Source of the DNA: a virus
Lineage: Duplodnaviria; Caudoviricetes
Length of the DNA stretch: 39,981 nucleotides
Strand: one strand, 5' to 3'
IMG/VR virus record: IMGVR_UViG_3300037126_000152
Location: 1-39,981 of that record
Position 1 is the first letter of the stretch, and every line of letters starts with the position of its first letter. Shown one piece after another: positions 8,484 to 17,175 of this stretch. The notes beneath the pieces were generated by a model. The model was not told the origin of the DNA, did not search any database, and worked only from the letters and a program-made list of their open reading frames with translations. Position numbers and translations under genes: made by a program.

Positions 8484-9050
8484 CTAATTCGGTATCGGCC
8501 ATGTGATGCTTTTGAGTACGATTCGTGCTTCTTCGCGGGTCTCTGTCTTTTGAATTTCGGCTTTTGCTTCCGCGTAGAGCTTTTCGATTTGTGCTGCCGC
8601 TTGCCGCCATGCATTCCGGCGTAAGCGAACCGCTTCCATGGCATCCTCCAGCGATCCCCCCGAAACCCCAACGAGCGGAAAATCATCTGCAACCGGAACA
8701 CTGCCCGCTGCCACGACCGCATCATATCGATCCAGTTCCATGGATTTTTCCTGATAAGTCAATGCCTTACCAGAACCGGGAGTGATGAAGCGTAATCTTG
8801 CCTCTTCCGCGTGCTCCACGAGGTTTCTCAAAAAGGGAGCCAATCTCTGATTTCTGGCCCACACCAGAAAATCGGCATCCGACTCCAGCGCAAGCAAAGT
8901 CTCCCGAGTCGGTCTGGCAACCACAGCCAGACTCCACCTCTCGATGTACTCGCCTCCAGGATCCCGTGCGACGGACCACGCACCCCGCTCGGCGTCCGGA
9001 AACAGATAGCAAAGCTTTTCGTGGATATTTGTTACATAAACATCACTCAT
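8484..9050 (-). CDS. Tail fibre assembly/chaperone protein
   Basis: Directly after the tail fibre (ATGA overlap); LFPDA...W....D..GEYIERW N-terminus and FITPG.GKALTYQEK...W.....IE...AKAEI...ITW C-terminus. Confidence 0.7.
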   Translation of the reverse strand: MSDVYVTNIHEKLCYLFPDAERGAWSVARDPGGEYIERWSLAVVARPTRETLLALESDADFLVWARNQRLAPFLRNLVEHAEEARLRFITPGSGKALTYQEKSMELDRYDAVVAAGSVPVADDFPLVGVSGGSLEDAMEAVRLRRNAWRQAAAQIEKLYAEAKAEIQKTETREEARIVLKSITWPIPN

Positions 9051-11761
9051 GTTGTTACCCTCACGTAAATCGATTTATTGACGCCATCGGGGTTTGCAGT
9101 TATTTGAATTTCCGAAGCAACCGATGCAAAACCTTGCAGCGTGATCACATCATTTGCGGCGGCAGATGCAAGAATCATCACTGTTCGCTCGGTTCCGGTA
9201 CGGGCGTATGTTCCTGTATCGTCTTGTATCAAAGTTGTACTATTTGTGTATACGGTCGCAGTTGTTACATTATAATATCGAGCCTTTGCATATGCATTTG
9301 GCGTGTCGCGAGATGGACTCACGCGTAAGCTGGCCATGAAAAGATACGATCCCGTTTGCGGCACAGTAAATCGAAGGGAAGTATCGATTTCTGCCCAAGA
9401 TGTTCCTAAATATAATCCGCCGGTCCAGGTCCCGAAAGATTGTCCGGCATATGGGATCGCTCCGTTGGCCGTGCTCTGCGCGGTCGCCGCATCGGCAAGG
9501 GCTTGTGCGGCATCATCTGCCGTTGCTGATGCTTCAGCGGCGGTAACCGTATATGTCCCGTCGCCTAGAGATTCGGCGACGTCGACCCTACCATCGTTGT
9601 CGGTGTCGTATATGCTCTTGAGCATATCTCCGCTGCCGCCTCCACCTGATCCAGCGGGAAGAGTCTGGAGAAAGCTATCAATTCTTTCAGGTGCAGTTCC
9701 GTCTTTTTGAAAAATAAGACGCGCAATTAACTTCCCGTGACTGACCAATCTGGCAGGAAGAGTCACAGGAGGGCTGACTTCAGCCGCTGCTACGATACTA
9801 TCAGATTCGGATTCCCCATAAACAAGCACCAAATCTCCATCGGTTTCGACATATATCCAATGGATTCCGTATTTGTTATTAGCTATAGCGGTTAAAGTTC
9901 CTGAATTATTATATTGTGTATTATTCCATGTCGTTGCCGTTGCGGAATCTTGCACCGTTCCGTAGTAGGTAGCCATTGTGTCACTACCTGATGTGTCCAC
10001 AGCAGCGATAGCCACCGGATGGTATCCCAGCCACAGCCGACCGGCGGACAGGGCCAGGGTGCGGGATCCCGCGTCAGTGACACGCAGCCCCCCTACGGAT
10101 ACATCATATGCCAGCGGGTCCACTGCATTGGCCCTACGCAAGCCCAATATCGGCGAATCCAAGATCTGGCAACAACCTTGAGTAATGTGGAGTTCCCCAT
10201 CTTGATACGTAACAACCCCCAGCCTATAATCCGTTTGTCCGTTGAAGTCATCTGTTGTCCTCACAGTCACTTGGGGGGAACCGCTGTTATATTCGACCCC
10301 AATGAAACGATTAGTCCCAGCCGGAATGGAAATCCCCGTACTTGCAGAGAAATCGCAAAAATATAGCGGGGCAGAAGAAGACGCGGAAGACCGGAGCTTT
10401 CCGGTTCCTGCGGAAACATCAATCAGTCCGGTCCCGCTTTGCGAGATGACGCCACCGGATATCGCGCCAGAAGACTCGCAGAGGGAGATGTGGTCGGTCA
10501 GTGTGTCATAGGTGGCACCGGATACCGCCGGCAGAGAAACATCATCCGAGTCAACCATTCCGTCTGTGGAGGCATATATTTTGCGTGCGGTTCCGTAGGT
10601 GTCGAGCGTCCACATTCTATCACCCGTCGCATCATTTTTGCTGAAAATCCGTACAAAACCGGATCCAGGCGTAGAAGGTGTGGACACTACGGCTGCATCT
10701 AAGTATGAATCCTGCCGAAGTGAGGTAAATCTGCCGGAAGCGGGCGTGGTCGCGCCCAGAGTGGTGTTGTCGATCGTTCCGCTATCGATATTGACTGCTC
10801 CCATATCAAACACACGAGTCGTGCCGTTGATCTTGAAATCATTTCCGCCAAAATAGTATTCTCCCGTGTCGGCATCGATTTGAAAATAATAATCTCCAGC
10901 AGCATTTGGTTTGATGCGAAAGTACCTAAAAGTTGCGTCTCCTGCAACATATTGAAGCATAGTTGTTCCTGATATGCTCCAAGAACCCGCATTTGTTGTT
11001 CCGTTGTCGATGGCCAAGTTTTGTGTCCGGACTCCGGTGCATGGTACCGCTCCGCCGAGAGAGGTACCGTCGATTGTCCCCCCGTTAATGTCAACCGTGG
11101 ATAGTGTGCCGGGAATCAATGTTCCCGAAGATGTATTTAGGGTGAACCCACTTCCAAGAGATATCGTCGATGTCCCGCTGTTGAACGTAAAACCCGAAAT
11201 CCCAGCCAGAGATCCGGCACTGTTAAACTGGATCTCCGTATCGTTTCCACCTGCGCCTGCTGAAGCAGTAGGCACAGCCCATGTGCCATCGGCTTTGAAA
11301 AACAGGCCGGCGGCTGCGTCCCCGCTTGCTGGAGCGGGGACCAATCCCGCCGTACCGCCACTGCCCGAATCTCCGACCATCACCGGCAAACGCGCAACGG
11401 CGATCGTACCGGAGGTGATGTCTTCCCCGGCATGCTCGTGCCCATCGACAGAAAAGGTATCAAAAATACTCGCCGGTACTCCCAAAAACACAGTCAAAAG
11501 ACCCGTGAAATCAACAAGAGCGTCCGCATTCGACGAGGCATAGACCGTATCTCGGGACAGCGTGTCTGGGGTACCTGCTGTAACGGTGCCCAAGCCCACT
11601 TCCCAATCCGTTTGGTCGGTCACCGTGTAGTAGCACGTATTTCCGTCGCCGACGCCGGCTACGAAAGACTGATATCCGGTTTGAGCACCGTTCAGAGACA
11701 GGGTTCCTGTACCAGTGGTTGCCGATTCCTCCACTACACGGTCTGCATATACAAGTGCCAT
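9047..11761 (-). CDS. Tail fibre / receptor-binding protein
   Basis: 904 aa, Gly/Thr/Ser-rich; MALVYADRV.E...TTGTGT N-terminus, AGLVPAP..GDA, IQFNSAG, GGTIDGT repeats and GGSGDMLKSIYDTDNDG modules common in phage fibres. Confidence 0.88.
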   Translation of the reverse strand: MALVYADRVVEESATTGTGTLSLNGAQTGYQSFVAGVGDGNTCYYTVTDQTDWEVGLGTVTAGTPDTLSRDTVYASSNADALVDFTGLLTVFLGVPASIFDTFSVDGHEHAGEDITSGTIAVARLPVMVGDSGSGGTAGLVPAPASGDAAAGLFFKADGTWAVPTASAGAGGNDTEIQFNSAGSLAGISGFTFNSGTSTISLGSGFTLNTSSGTLIPGTLSTVDINGGTIDGTSLGGAVPCTGVRTQNLAIDNGTTNAGSWSISGTTMLQYVAGDATFRYFRIKPNAAGDYYFQIDADTGEYYFGGNDFKINGTTRVFDMGAVNIDSGTIDNTTLGATTPASGRFTSLRQDSYLDAAVVSTPSTPGSGFVRIFSKNDATGDRMWTLDTYGTARKIYASTDGMVDSDDVSLPAVSGATYDTLTDHISLCESSGAISGGVISQSGTGLIDVSAGTGKLRSSASSSAPLYFCDFSASTGISIPAGTNRFIGVEYNSGSPQVTVRTTDDFNGQTDYRLGVVTYQDGELHITQGCCQILDSPILGLRRANAVDPLAYDVSVGGLRVTDAGSRTLALSAGRLWLGYHPVAIAAVDTSGSDTMATYYGTVQDSATATTWNNTQYNNSGTLTAIANNKYGIHWIYVETDGDLVLVYGESESDSIVAAAEVSPPVTLPARLVSHGKLIARLIFQKDGTAPERIDSFLQTLPAGSGGGGSGDMLKSIYDTDNDGRVDVAESLGDGTYTVTAAEASATADDAAQALADAATAQSTANGAIPYAGQSFGTWTGGLYLGTSWAEIDTSLRFTVPQTGSYLFMASLRVSPSRDTPNAYAKARYYNVTTATVYTNSTTLIQDDTGTYARTGTERTVMILASAAANDVITLQGFASVASEIQITANPDGVNKSIYVRVTT

Positions 11762-11764
11762 ATC

Positions 11765-12172
11765 CTACTCCAAAGTCAATAAAATGGATCCACCGAAAGA
11801 CAGACGGATAGTGCCGTTGAAGGTTTGAAACGGCAAGTTGTCTGCTGTATCGAATGCCGCAACGAGTCTGGACGTCCCCTCGGTGCCTGTGTCAACGAAT
11901 AAAACCAACATGTCCACATATGAGCCTGTTGTGGCGGAAAACTCAGCGGTCGGGATGCCCACAGAATTCCCCGAAATGGCAACCCCGGAGAGAATACTTG
12001 ATGTCCCACCGCGTGCATCGATTGGGATGTCCGACAAGTATTGATCAGCAGCGACATTGATCGCATATCCTGCTTGATCCACTAGCAGAATTTTCAGGTC
12101 GACCTCATCCAAAACAAGAGTACCTTCCAATATATCCCGCGCGGCCAATTCATACAAAACATTCGCCATCAA
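11765..12172 (-). CDS. Minor tail protein
   Basis: Between distal-tail-like gene and fibre; MAN.LY....IL.G......LKILLVD pattern frequent in tail modules. Confidence 0.65.
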   Translation of the reverse strand: MMANVLYELAARDILEGTLVLDEVDLKILLVDQAGYAINVAADQYLSDIPIDARGGTSSILSGVAISGNSVGIPTAEFSATTGSYVDMLVLFVDTGTEGTSRLVAAFDTADNLPFQTFNGTIRLSFGGSILLTLE

Positions 12173-12534
12173 ATGCTCTCCTTTGATAGTACCTTATATG
12201 TGATGGTCAGGACCTTCCCTTGGCCGCTCAGGGCGTGAATGACGCCTAAAAACACCCCTTCGGGGCAACACAAACCAACTGATGTGTAGTTTTTGTGCAG
12301 ATATAGTACAATTTCCCGCTGGTCTTGCGTTAGATTTGCAGTGCCGATATTGAATTCTTGGCCAGCGTCGTAGAAACCATTTGCTACATGCAGCAAACCT
12401 CCATCAAGAGTTCTGGTGTAGCTGTCCCTGCGCTCGCCGTTGATGAAACTTGCAGACGAGTTGATGTTATGGATGTCCATCGCGCTGTATCCATATACAT
12501 CAGACGTCGGTGTAAAAAAGGTCAAATACGCCAT
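12169..12534 (-). CDS. Putative distal tail protein
   Basis: Immediately after the tape measure gene; RR.S.TRTLDGG motif. Confidence 0.6.
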   Translation of the reverse strand: MAYLTFFTPTSDVYGYSAMDIHNINSSASFINGERRDSYTRTLDGGLLHVANGFYDAGQEFNIGTANLTQDQREIVLYLHKNYTSVGLCCPEGVFLGVIHALSGQGKVLTITYKVLSKESI

Positions 12535-12543
12535 ATTTTCCGC

Positions 12544-15045
12544 CTATTGTCCGTTGATAGATTCAGCGCCCGCTTCGGAAAGTTGTTTGTTCCACTCTTG
12601 AAAGATAGCATCCATCATTTGTTTGGTGGCGATATCAATAGTTCCTCCGTCAATAGAGATGTTCGGCGCCTGCGCAATAATGCCCTGCCGTTTCAAATCT
12701 TTCATCTCTTGAGAGAGGATTTTTTGATATTCAGCGATCTCTTGGCTGATTTTGGTTTCGTCCAGACGAGACGCCGTCAGGGATTCCTGCACCGAGGCCT
12801 TTTGCGCGGGAGAATAAGCGCCCGAAGTATCGGCCAAAATGGCTTGATATCGACCGGTCAAGTCCTGTCGGCGCGCCAAATCAGTTTCGGCGTCGACCAG
12901 AAGATCATACCATTCTTGTACGCTTTGTTTACTGGCCGTGCTGAATTCCGCTAGTTGGGCTTGAAATCCAAAGGAATTTTCAGCCATGTCTTGTTGGGCA
13001 TCAGAAAGTTGATCAAGGGCCTGGGAGGTCTGGGAAAGGGCTGACGTCACCGGAGAAAAACTTTGTGCCATGGTTTGACCAGCACGCATGGAAGACTCCG
13101 CCACTCCGGAAAGACCTTGGTCTAAGCGGTCCAGCGCTTCCCTCCGGGAACGAACGGAGTCTTCCCATAGATTCGTTTGGTTAATCAATGCTTTATCCGC
13201 GTCTCTCAACGATGCGACCGAATCATTTCCCAACGCGCGCATGCTTTCTGCCAGTTGCCCTAGGCCTTCGCCCATCCCCCAGGGCAGGCCGGAAAGCGAT
13301 TGCACCAGATCCGCTGAACGACCGGCGACCTCCCGCACCATTTCCGCGTATCCCATACGGAAATCGAGAATCAAACGTTGAACGGCCAACTGCGACCGCG
13401 TCCAGGCTTCTTCCCACGTGAGCCCCGTACGACCAAAGGAAACTGCCAAACCCCCTAGAACAACACCAAAATCTTGCACAATTTTGGCACCGCCAAGGAG
13501 TTGTCCGAAAAAGGTCTGGGAAGCTTGACTTCCTTCTCTGGCGCTGGAGGCCAGTTGACCGAAAGTCCTGGCGAGTGGTTCATAAGCCTCTATGATGCCG
13601 GCAGTTGTGTTCCCCAGCCCTGCAAAGGTGTCCACTACGGCTTGGATCGCCTTCTGCAAGCCTTCCACAGTCGACAGATCCAGCGTGCCCGTGAAAGCCT
13701 GCATCGTAGAGCGAAGGGCGTCAAAAATATTCTCAATCGATGTAATCAAGCCTGAAAAATCAACCCCTTGCAGGGCTTCGTCCAGGTTTTTCGTGATGCC
13801 TCGAATCCATTGAGCCACTTCACTTTGAAAGCTGTTCAGAGCATCCAAAACCGGATCCAGGCGACCTCTTCCCAACGAAGCGATGAATTCCCTCACAAAT
13901 TCATTAGACGCATTAATGACTTGTGAAAAATTCGGCAGAAGACCCGATCCATATGCCTCCCCGAGGTCAGTGACCGACGCAGTGAGGCGCTTCATCGCGA
14001 TGGCTAAGGTCTGGGACTTCGCTTCCCATTCAGCAGCAAGAGTGAAATTTTTTGACGTTTCTGCCGTCAGGTTTTTGAGAACTTTTTCGTAGCCTCCAGT
14101 TGCGGCTGAGAGCCTGCCCATCTGCTCAATGCCGTAGAGCATCCTTCCGTAGCGCGATTGTTCGGCGTCCGATAGTTTTGGCCAAATTTCCAAAAGTTGC
14201 TTGTAGATATCGAATGCCCGAAGGTTTTCCCCGTTCATATCTCGGAGTTGGAGAATGGGGAATTTATCGCTCAATTCTGCCAAGGCGTCTTCCGTTGCAC
14301 CGGCTGGCGCGACCAATTGTGCCAGTCCGGATTTCAGAGCATTCGCGGCTTCCGAACCGGAGCCAAAAACCTCAATGATACTGGTTGTCGCTGCAACAGC
14401 TTCATCAACCGATAACCCATATTGCTTGATATTCGGGGAAAAATCCGAAAACGCTAGTGCCGCCTGCTTGATATCTGTCCCCGCGACCGTGGAGGCGATG
14501 TTCAGCTTGTCCAAAATCGGTGTCACCGCGTCCGCTTCGGCACGCATCCCTGCCAGAGAGCGCTTCACTACATCGGTCGACTGCGCCACGTCGAGCAATC
14601 CGTCCGACCCGGCAGAAAGCTTCAACGTGGAATCAAGAAGCTGCATCGCGTCTTCGAGAGACCAGCCGGCTTGTACAATTTCCTTCAGACTGCCGACCGC
14701 ATCCGCTGCGGTGACGCCGTATTCGGCAGCCATCGAACGCAAGGAAGCTTCAACTTCTCCGGAAAATTCAACGGTTTCCGGCAAAACGCGATTTAAAGCG
14801 CCTACTTCAGTGTTGAAATCTTGAGCCGCCTTGATGGCGACCCCTGTGATCGTCGCGCCAATGGCCAAAAAAGCAGATTCGGCCATGAGAACGCGATCGG
14901 CCAGCGCGGCCATACCACCGGCACCCGTCTGCGCGGCACTCTGGATGCCTCCGATTGCCGAGGACGCCCCTTGACTGGCGGCAGACAAACCCGCGTCGAC
15001 ACCGCGAAACAGGACGTTGAGGACCCTATTTTCTTGTTGAGCCAT
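12544..15045 (-). CDS. Tail tape measure protein (TP901-type core)
   Basis: 833 aa, Ala/Leu-rich helical; GSGSEAANALKSGLAQL, LRD.NGE motifs; follows the tail chaperones. Confidence 0.92.
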   Translation of the reverse strand: MAQQENRVLNVLFRGVDAGLSAASQGASSAIGGIQSAAQTGAGGMAALADRVLMAESAFLAIGATITGVAIKAAQDFNTEVGALNRVLPETVEFSGEVEASLRSMAAEYGVTAADAVGSLKEIVQAGWSLEDAMQLLDSTLKLSAGSDGLLDVAQSTDVVKRSLAGMRAEADAVTPILDKLNIASTVAGTDIKQAALAFSDFSPNIKQYGLSVDEAVAATTSIIEVFGSGSEAANALKSGLAQLVAPAGATEDALAELSDKFPILQLRDMNGENLRAFDIYKQLLEIWPKLSDAEQSRYGRMLYGIEQMGRLSAATGGYEKVLKNLTAETSKNFTLAAEWEAKSQTLAIAMKRLTASVTDLGEAYGSGLLPNFSQVINASNEFVREFIASLGRGRLDPVLDALNSFQSEVAQWIRGITKNLDEALQGVDFSGLITSIENIFDALRSTMQAFTGTLDLSTVEGLQKAIQAVVDTFAGLGNTTAGIIEAYEPLARTFGQLASSAREGSQASQTFFGQLLGGAKIVQDFGVVLGGLAVSFGRTGLTWEEAWTRSQLAVQRLILDFRMGYAEMVREVAGRSADLVQSLSGLPWGMGEGLGQLAESMRALGNDSVASLRDADKALINQTNLWEDSVRSRREALDRLDQGLSGVAESSMRAGQTMAQSFSPVTSALSQTSQALDQLSDAQQDMAENSFGFQAQLAEFSTASKQSVQEWYDLLVDAETDLARRQDLTGRYQAILADTSGAYSPAQKASVQESLTASRLDETKISQEIAEYQKILSQEMKDLKRQGIIAQAPNISIDGGTIDIATKQMMDAIFQEWNKQLSEAGAESINGQ

Positions 15046-15230
15046 TATTTTTTCATCCGTTTCGCGAGGTCGTCATAGAAGCGTCGCCAAAGCTCGCGTT
15101 CGATGGAACCGTATGAAGGGCCTACTAAATCGGGACGAATTTGATACAAAAAGGTTTTTTTCTCATGGCATATCGATAAATCGTCCCGCACATCCGCTCG
15201 CCGCCACAAGTCATCAACTACTTTTTTTTT
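15045..15230 (-). CDS. Tail assembly chaperone frameshift extension (gpT-like), reached by -1 programmed frameshift
   Basis: No start/RBS of its own; begins at GTA AAA AAA AAG TAG slippery run of the upstream gene and ends overlapping the TMP start (TAATG). Confidence 0.75.
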   Translation of the reverse strand, partial: KKKVVDDLWRRADVRDDLSICHEKKTFLYQIRPDLVGPSYGSIERELWRRFYDDLAKRMKK

Positions 15231-15664
15231 ACGCGTCCTAGACCCGTCAGAACTTGAATCTCGTTCACCAAAGTCTTGAATTCCAGGGGAAAATTCTCTG
15301 AAAACTTGACCGCGTCTTGAAGCATGATTTTTGGCGAAACCGAACCGAAAACAAGTGTCCAAACCGCACGGGTGAAGGTTTCGGGGTAGTCTTGTTCGCG
15401 AACTTCTTCAACGGCCTTCAGAACAGTGGATAAAGAACTTCCTTGCATATTTTGTACATATGTGGCCAAAGCTTCCCCCAGACGCTCTCGATCTTCGGCT
15501 TGTTTTACTTCCTGGTCTATTTTGGCAATCTCCAAGAAAGTCAACCCTTTGACTTCCCAGTTGGAAGAATCCAGTTGCGAAAACTTCACCAGTTGCGGGT
15601 TCTTTAGGTCGACGACTTTGGTGCGGGGTTCGGTTTGTACCAGCCAAAAAGGAAGAGAAGACAT
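15218..15664 (-). CDS. Tail assembly chaperone (gpG-like)
   Basis: Between tail tube and tape measure; ends in an A-AAA-AAG slippery heptamer. Confidence 0.8.
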   Translation of the reverse strand: MSSLPFWLVQTEPRTKVVDLKNPQLVKFSQLDSSNWEVKGLTFLEIAKIDQEVKQAEDRERLGEALATYVQNMQGSSLSTVLKAVEEVREQDYPETFTRAVWTLVFGSVSPKIMLQDAVKFSENFPLEFKTLVNEIQVLTGLGRVKKK

Positions 15665-15738
15665 AGCAGATCCTTTGAAAATGACGTCCTTGTCAAGGTG
15701 GATGGAGGCTCAATACCGCTTTCTAAGCCTATGTATAC

Positions 15739-16773
15739 TTACGACCGTTTATTCACGCCCGGCTGACGCGGGTTGATGGTCACAGTGTGCTCTACTGTCG
15801 ATGCTACGGCATCGGAAGAGGTGTGCGTCATGAGCCCTTGACATACATAATAGGCGTCTTGGTACTTGTCGACATAATACTTTGCAGTGACGCGGTTTCC
15901 GCTGTTGCGACAAATCACATCTGTGTGTCCGTCACCTCCTGCATAGACGAAACCGGACGTCCCGAAAGTGCGGCTTTCTGCCGCCTGAAGGGCTCCGTCG
16001 TAGTATTCATTGACGGTGACACTGCCCTCTGCCATGCCCCGGGTGAAATCTTTGGCCGAAGGAAGCGTCTCAAAATTTGGTGTGTATCCAGAGATCCACA
16101 CCTCTCGATACGTGCTTCCGGTATGAATCGGCGAGAGCGCTGTATTGAGTTGGTAGTGCGCATCCACCCGATTGGGCGCGCTGGATTCCACGCTGATCCC
16201 CAGACCAACCGGATGCCACACCCCGGAAACGGACTCCGCCATCTCCATGTAAGTACCTGGATTCTGGAGAATTTCTGACGCTACGACAGGAGCCGAAACG
16301 CTGGAGTCCAGTGCTACCCACCCCAAAAGCACTGAATTCACGGGGACAAAAGCAGGGCCGCCAGCCGCACCGTACGTCGAAACCAAACCCCCTCCGGACG
16401 AGTCCGCGCCGGCAATCACGGTCACGGTGCCCGTTGACGAGACCGTGATGATGTTCGTATTGTTTTCTCCGGCACCCGGACGTGTCAAAGCCACGTCAGT
16501 CTGTGCAGCTACTGAATAAGTGATCCCCTTTGAGCGGAAAGTGAAAGCGGCAACATCTACGGCATCATCGGTACCGCTTGCGGCTGGAGTGATAAGGTTG
16601 ATACCCGTCAAAACTCCATCAGGAAGAATGGAGGCCTCTTTGGTCTGCCAGACGCTAAATTCCGCCGCACCACTCACGTAGTAAGTCTGTCCGTCAGCGG
16701 TGGACATGGCTTGAAGAGCAACAGGAGTTTGGCTTGTTTCGAGTTGTACCATTGCATTGGCGGTAGTCGCCAT
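15739..16773 (-). CDS. Major tail tube protein
   Basis: Position upstream of chaperones/TMP, strong AAGGAG RBS before MATTANA, Thr/Ser/Gly/Val-rich composition. Confidence 0.75.
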   Translation of the reverse strand: MATTANAMVQLETSQTPVALQAMSTADGQTYYVSGAAEFSVWQTKEASILPDGVLTGINLITPAASGTDDAVDVAAFTFRSKGITYSVAAQTDVALTRPGAGENNTNIITVSSTGTVTVIAGADSSGGGLVSTYGAAGGPAFVPVNSVLLGWVALDSSVSAPVVASEILQNPGTYMEMAESVSGVWHPVGLGISVESSAPNRVDAHYQLNTALSPIHTGSTYREVWISGYTPNFETLPSAKDFTRGMAEGSVTVNEYYDGALQAAESRTFGTSGFVYAGGDGHTDVICRNSGNRVTAKYYVDKYQDAYYVCQGLMTHTSSDAVASTVEHTVTINPRQPGVNKRS

Positions 16774-16784
16774 GGAAATGCTCC

Positions 16785-17171
16785 TTAATAAGTCCAAAGT
16801 TTATTGGTTGATTTTGTGGGATCACAGTCTACATGGATAAATTTCTCCGCGATCCCTATGCGATGAAACCCTGCGTCCGAGGCCGCCAACGCAATTATCC
16901 ATCTTGTGGAATCGGATACTTGAATATCTGCCGCATAACCTGACATATGGGCGGATGTTTTTGCCCCTCCTACTTCTGCATTATGTTTTGGGCACCGATA
17001 GCCGCTGGTGATGACAATGGGTTGCGCGGTACTTTTGCGCATGGCGCATAAGCGGGTGATCAATTCACGTTTAACATGTACTTTCCCACAACAAGCGCAT
17101 GCGAATTCTTCGGGGCGGAAGAATTCGACGTTTTTCCAATCTTCCGGTTTCATATCTTGTTCGTTTTGCAT
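16785..17171 (-). CDS. Endolysin, peptidase M15A family (Zn-dependent D-Ala-D-Ala type)
   Basis: FF..EEFAC.CCG, ITSGYRCPKHNAEVGGA..SAHM.G.AADI, FIHVD motifs. Confidence 0.9.
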   Translation of the reverse strand: MQNEQDMKPEDWKNVEFFRPEEFACACCGKVHVKRELITRLCAMRKSTAQPIVITSGYRCPKHNAEVGGAKTSAHMSGYAADIQVSDSTRWIIALAASDAGFHRIGIAEKFIHVDCDPTKSTNKLWTY

Positions 17172-17175
17172 GATC

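Noticed and set aside
4872-11761. Diversity-generating retroelement or invertible tail-fibre cassette
   Set aside because: No reverse transcriptase or invertase, and no template/variable repeat pair was seen by eye.
12630-12660. IDGGTID in the TMP C-terminus resembling the fibre GGTIDG repeats
   Set aside because: Too short; no extended DNA or protein similarity.
15231-15362. Independent start for ORF 15045..15362
   Set aside because: Overlaps the chaperone gene out of frame with no RBS; better explained by -1 frameshifting.
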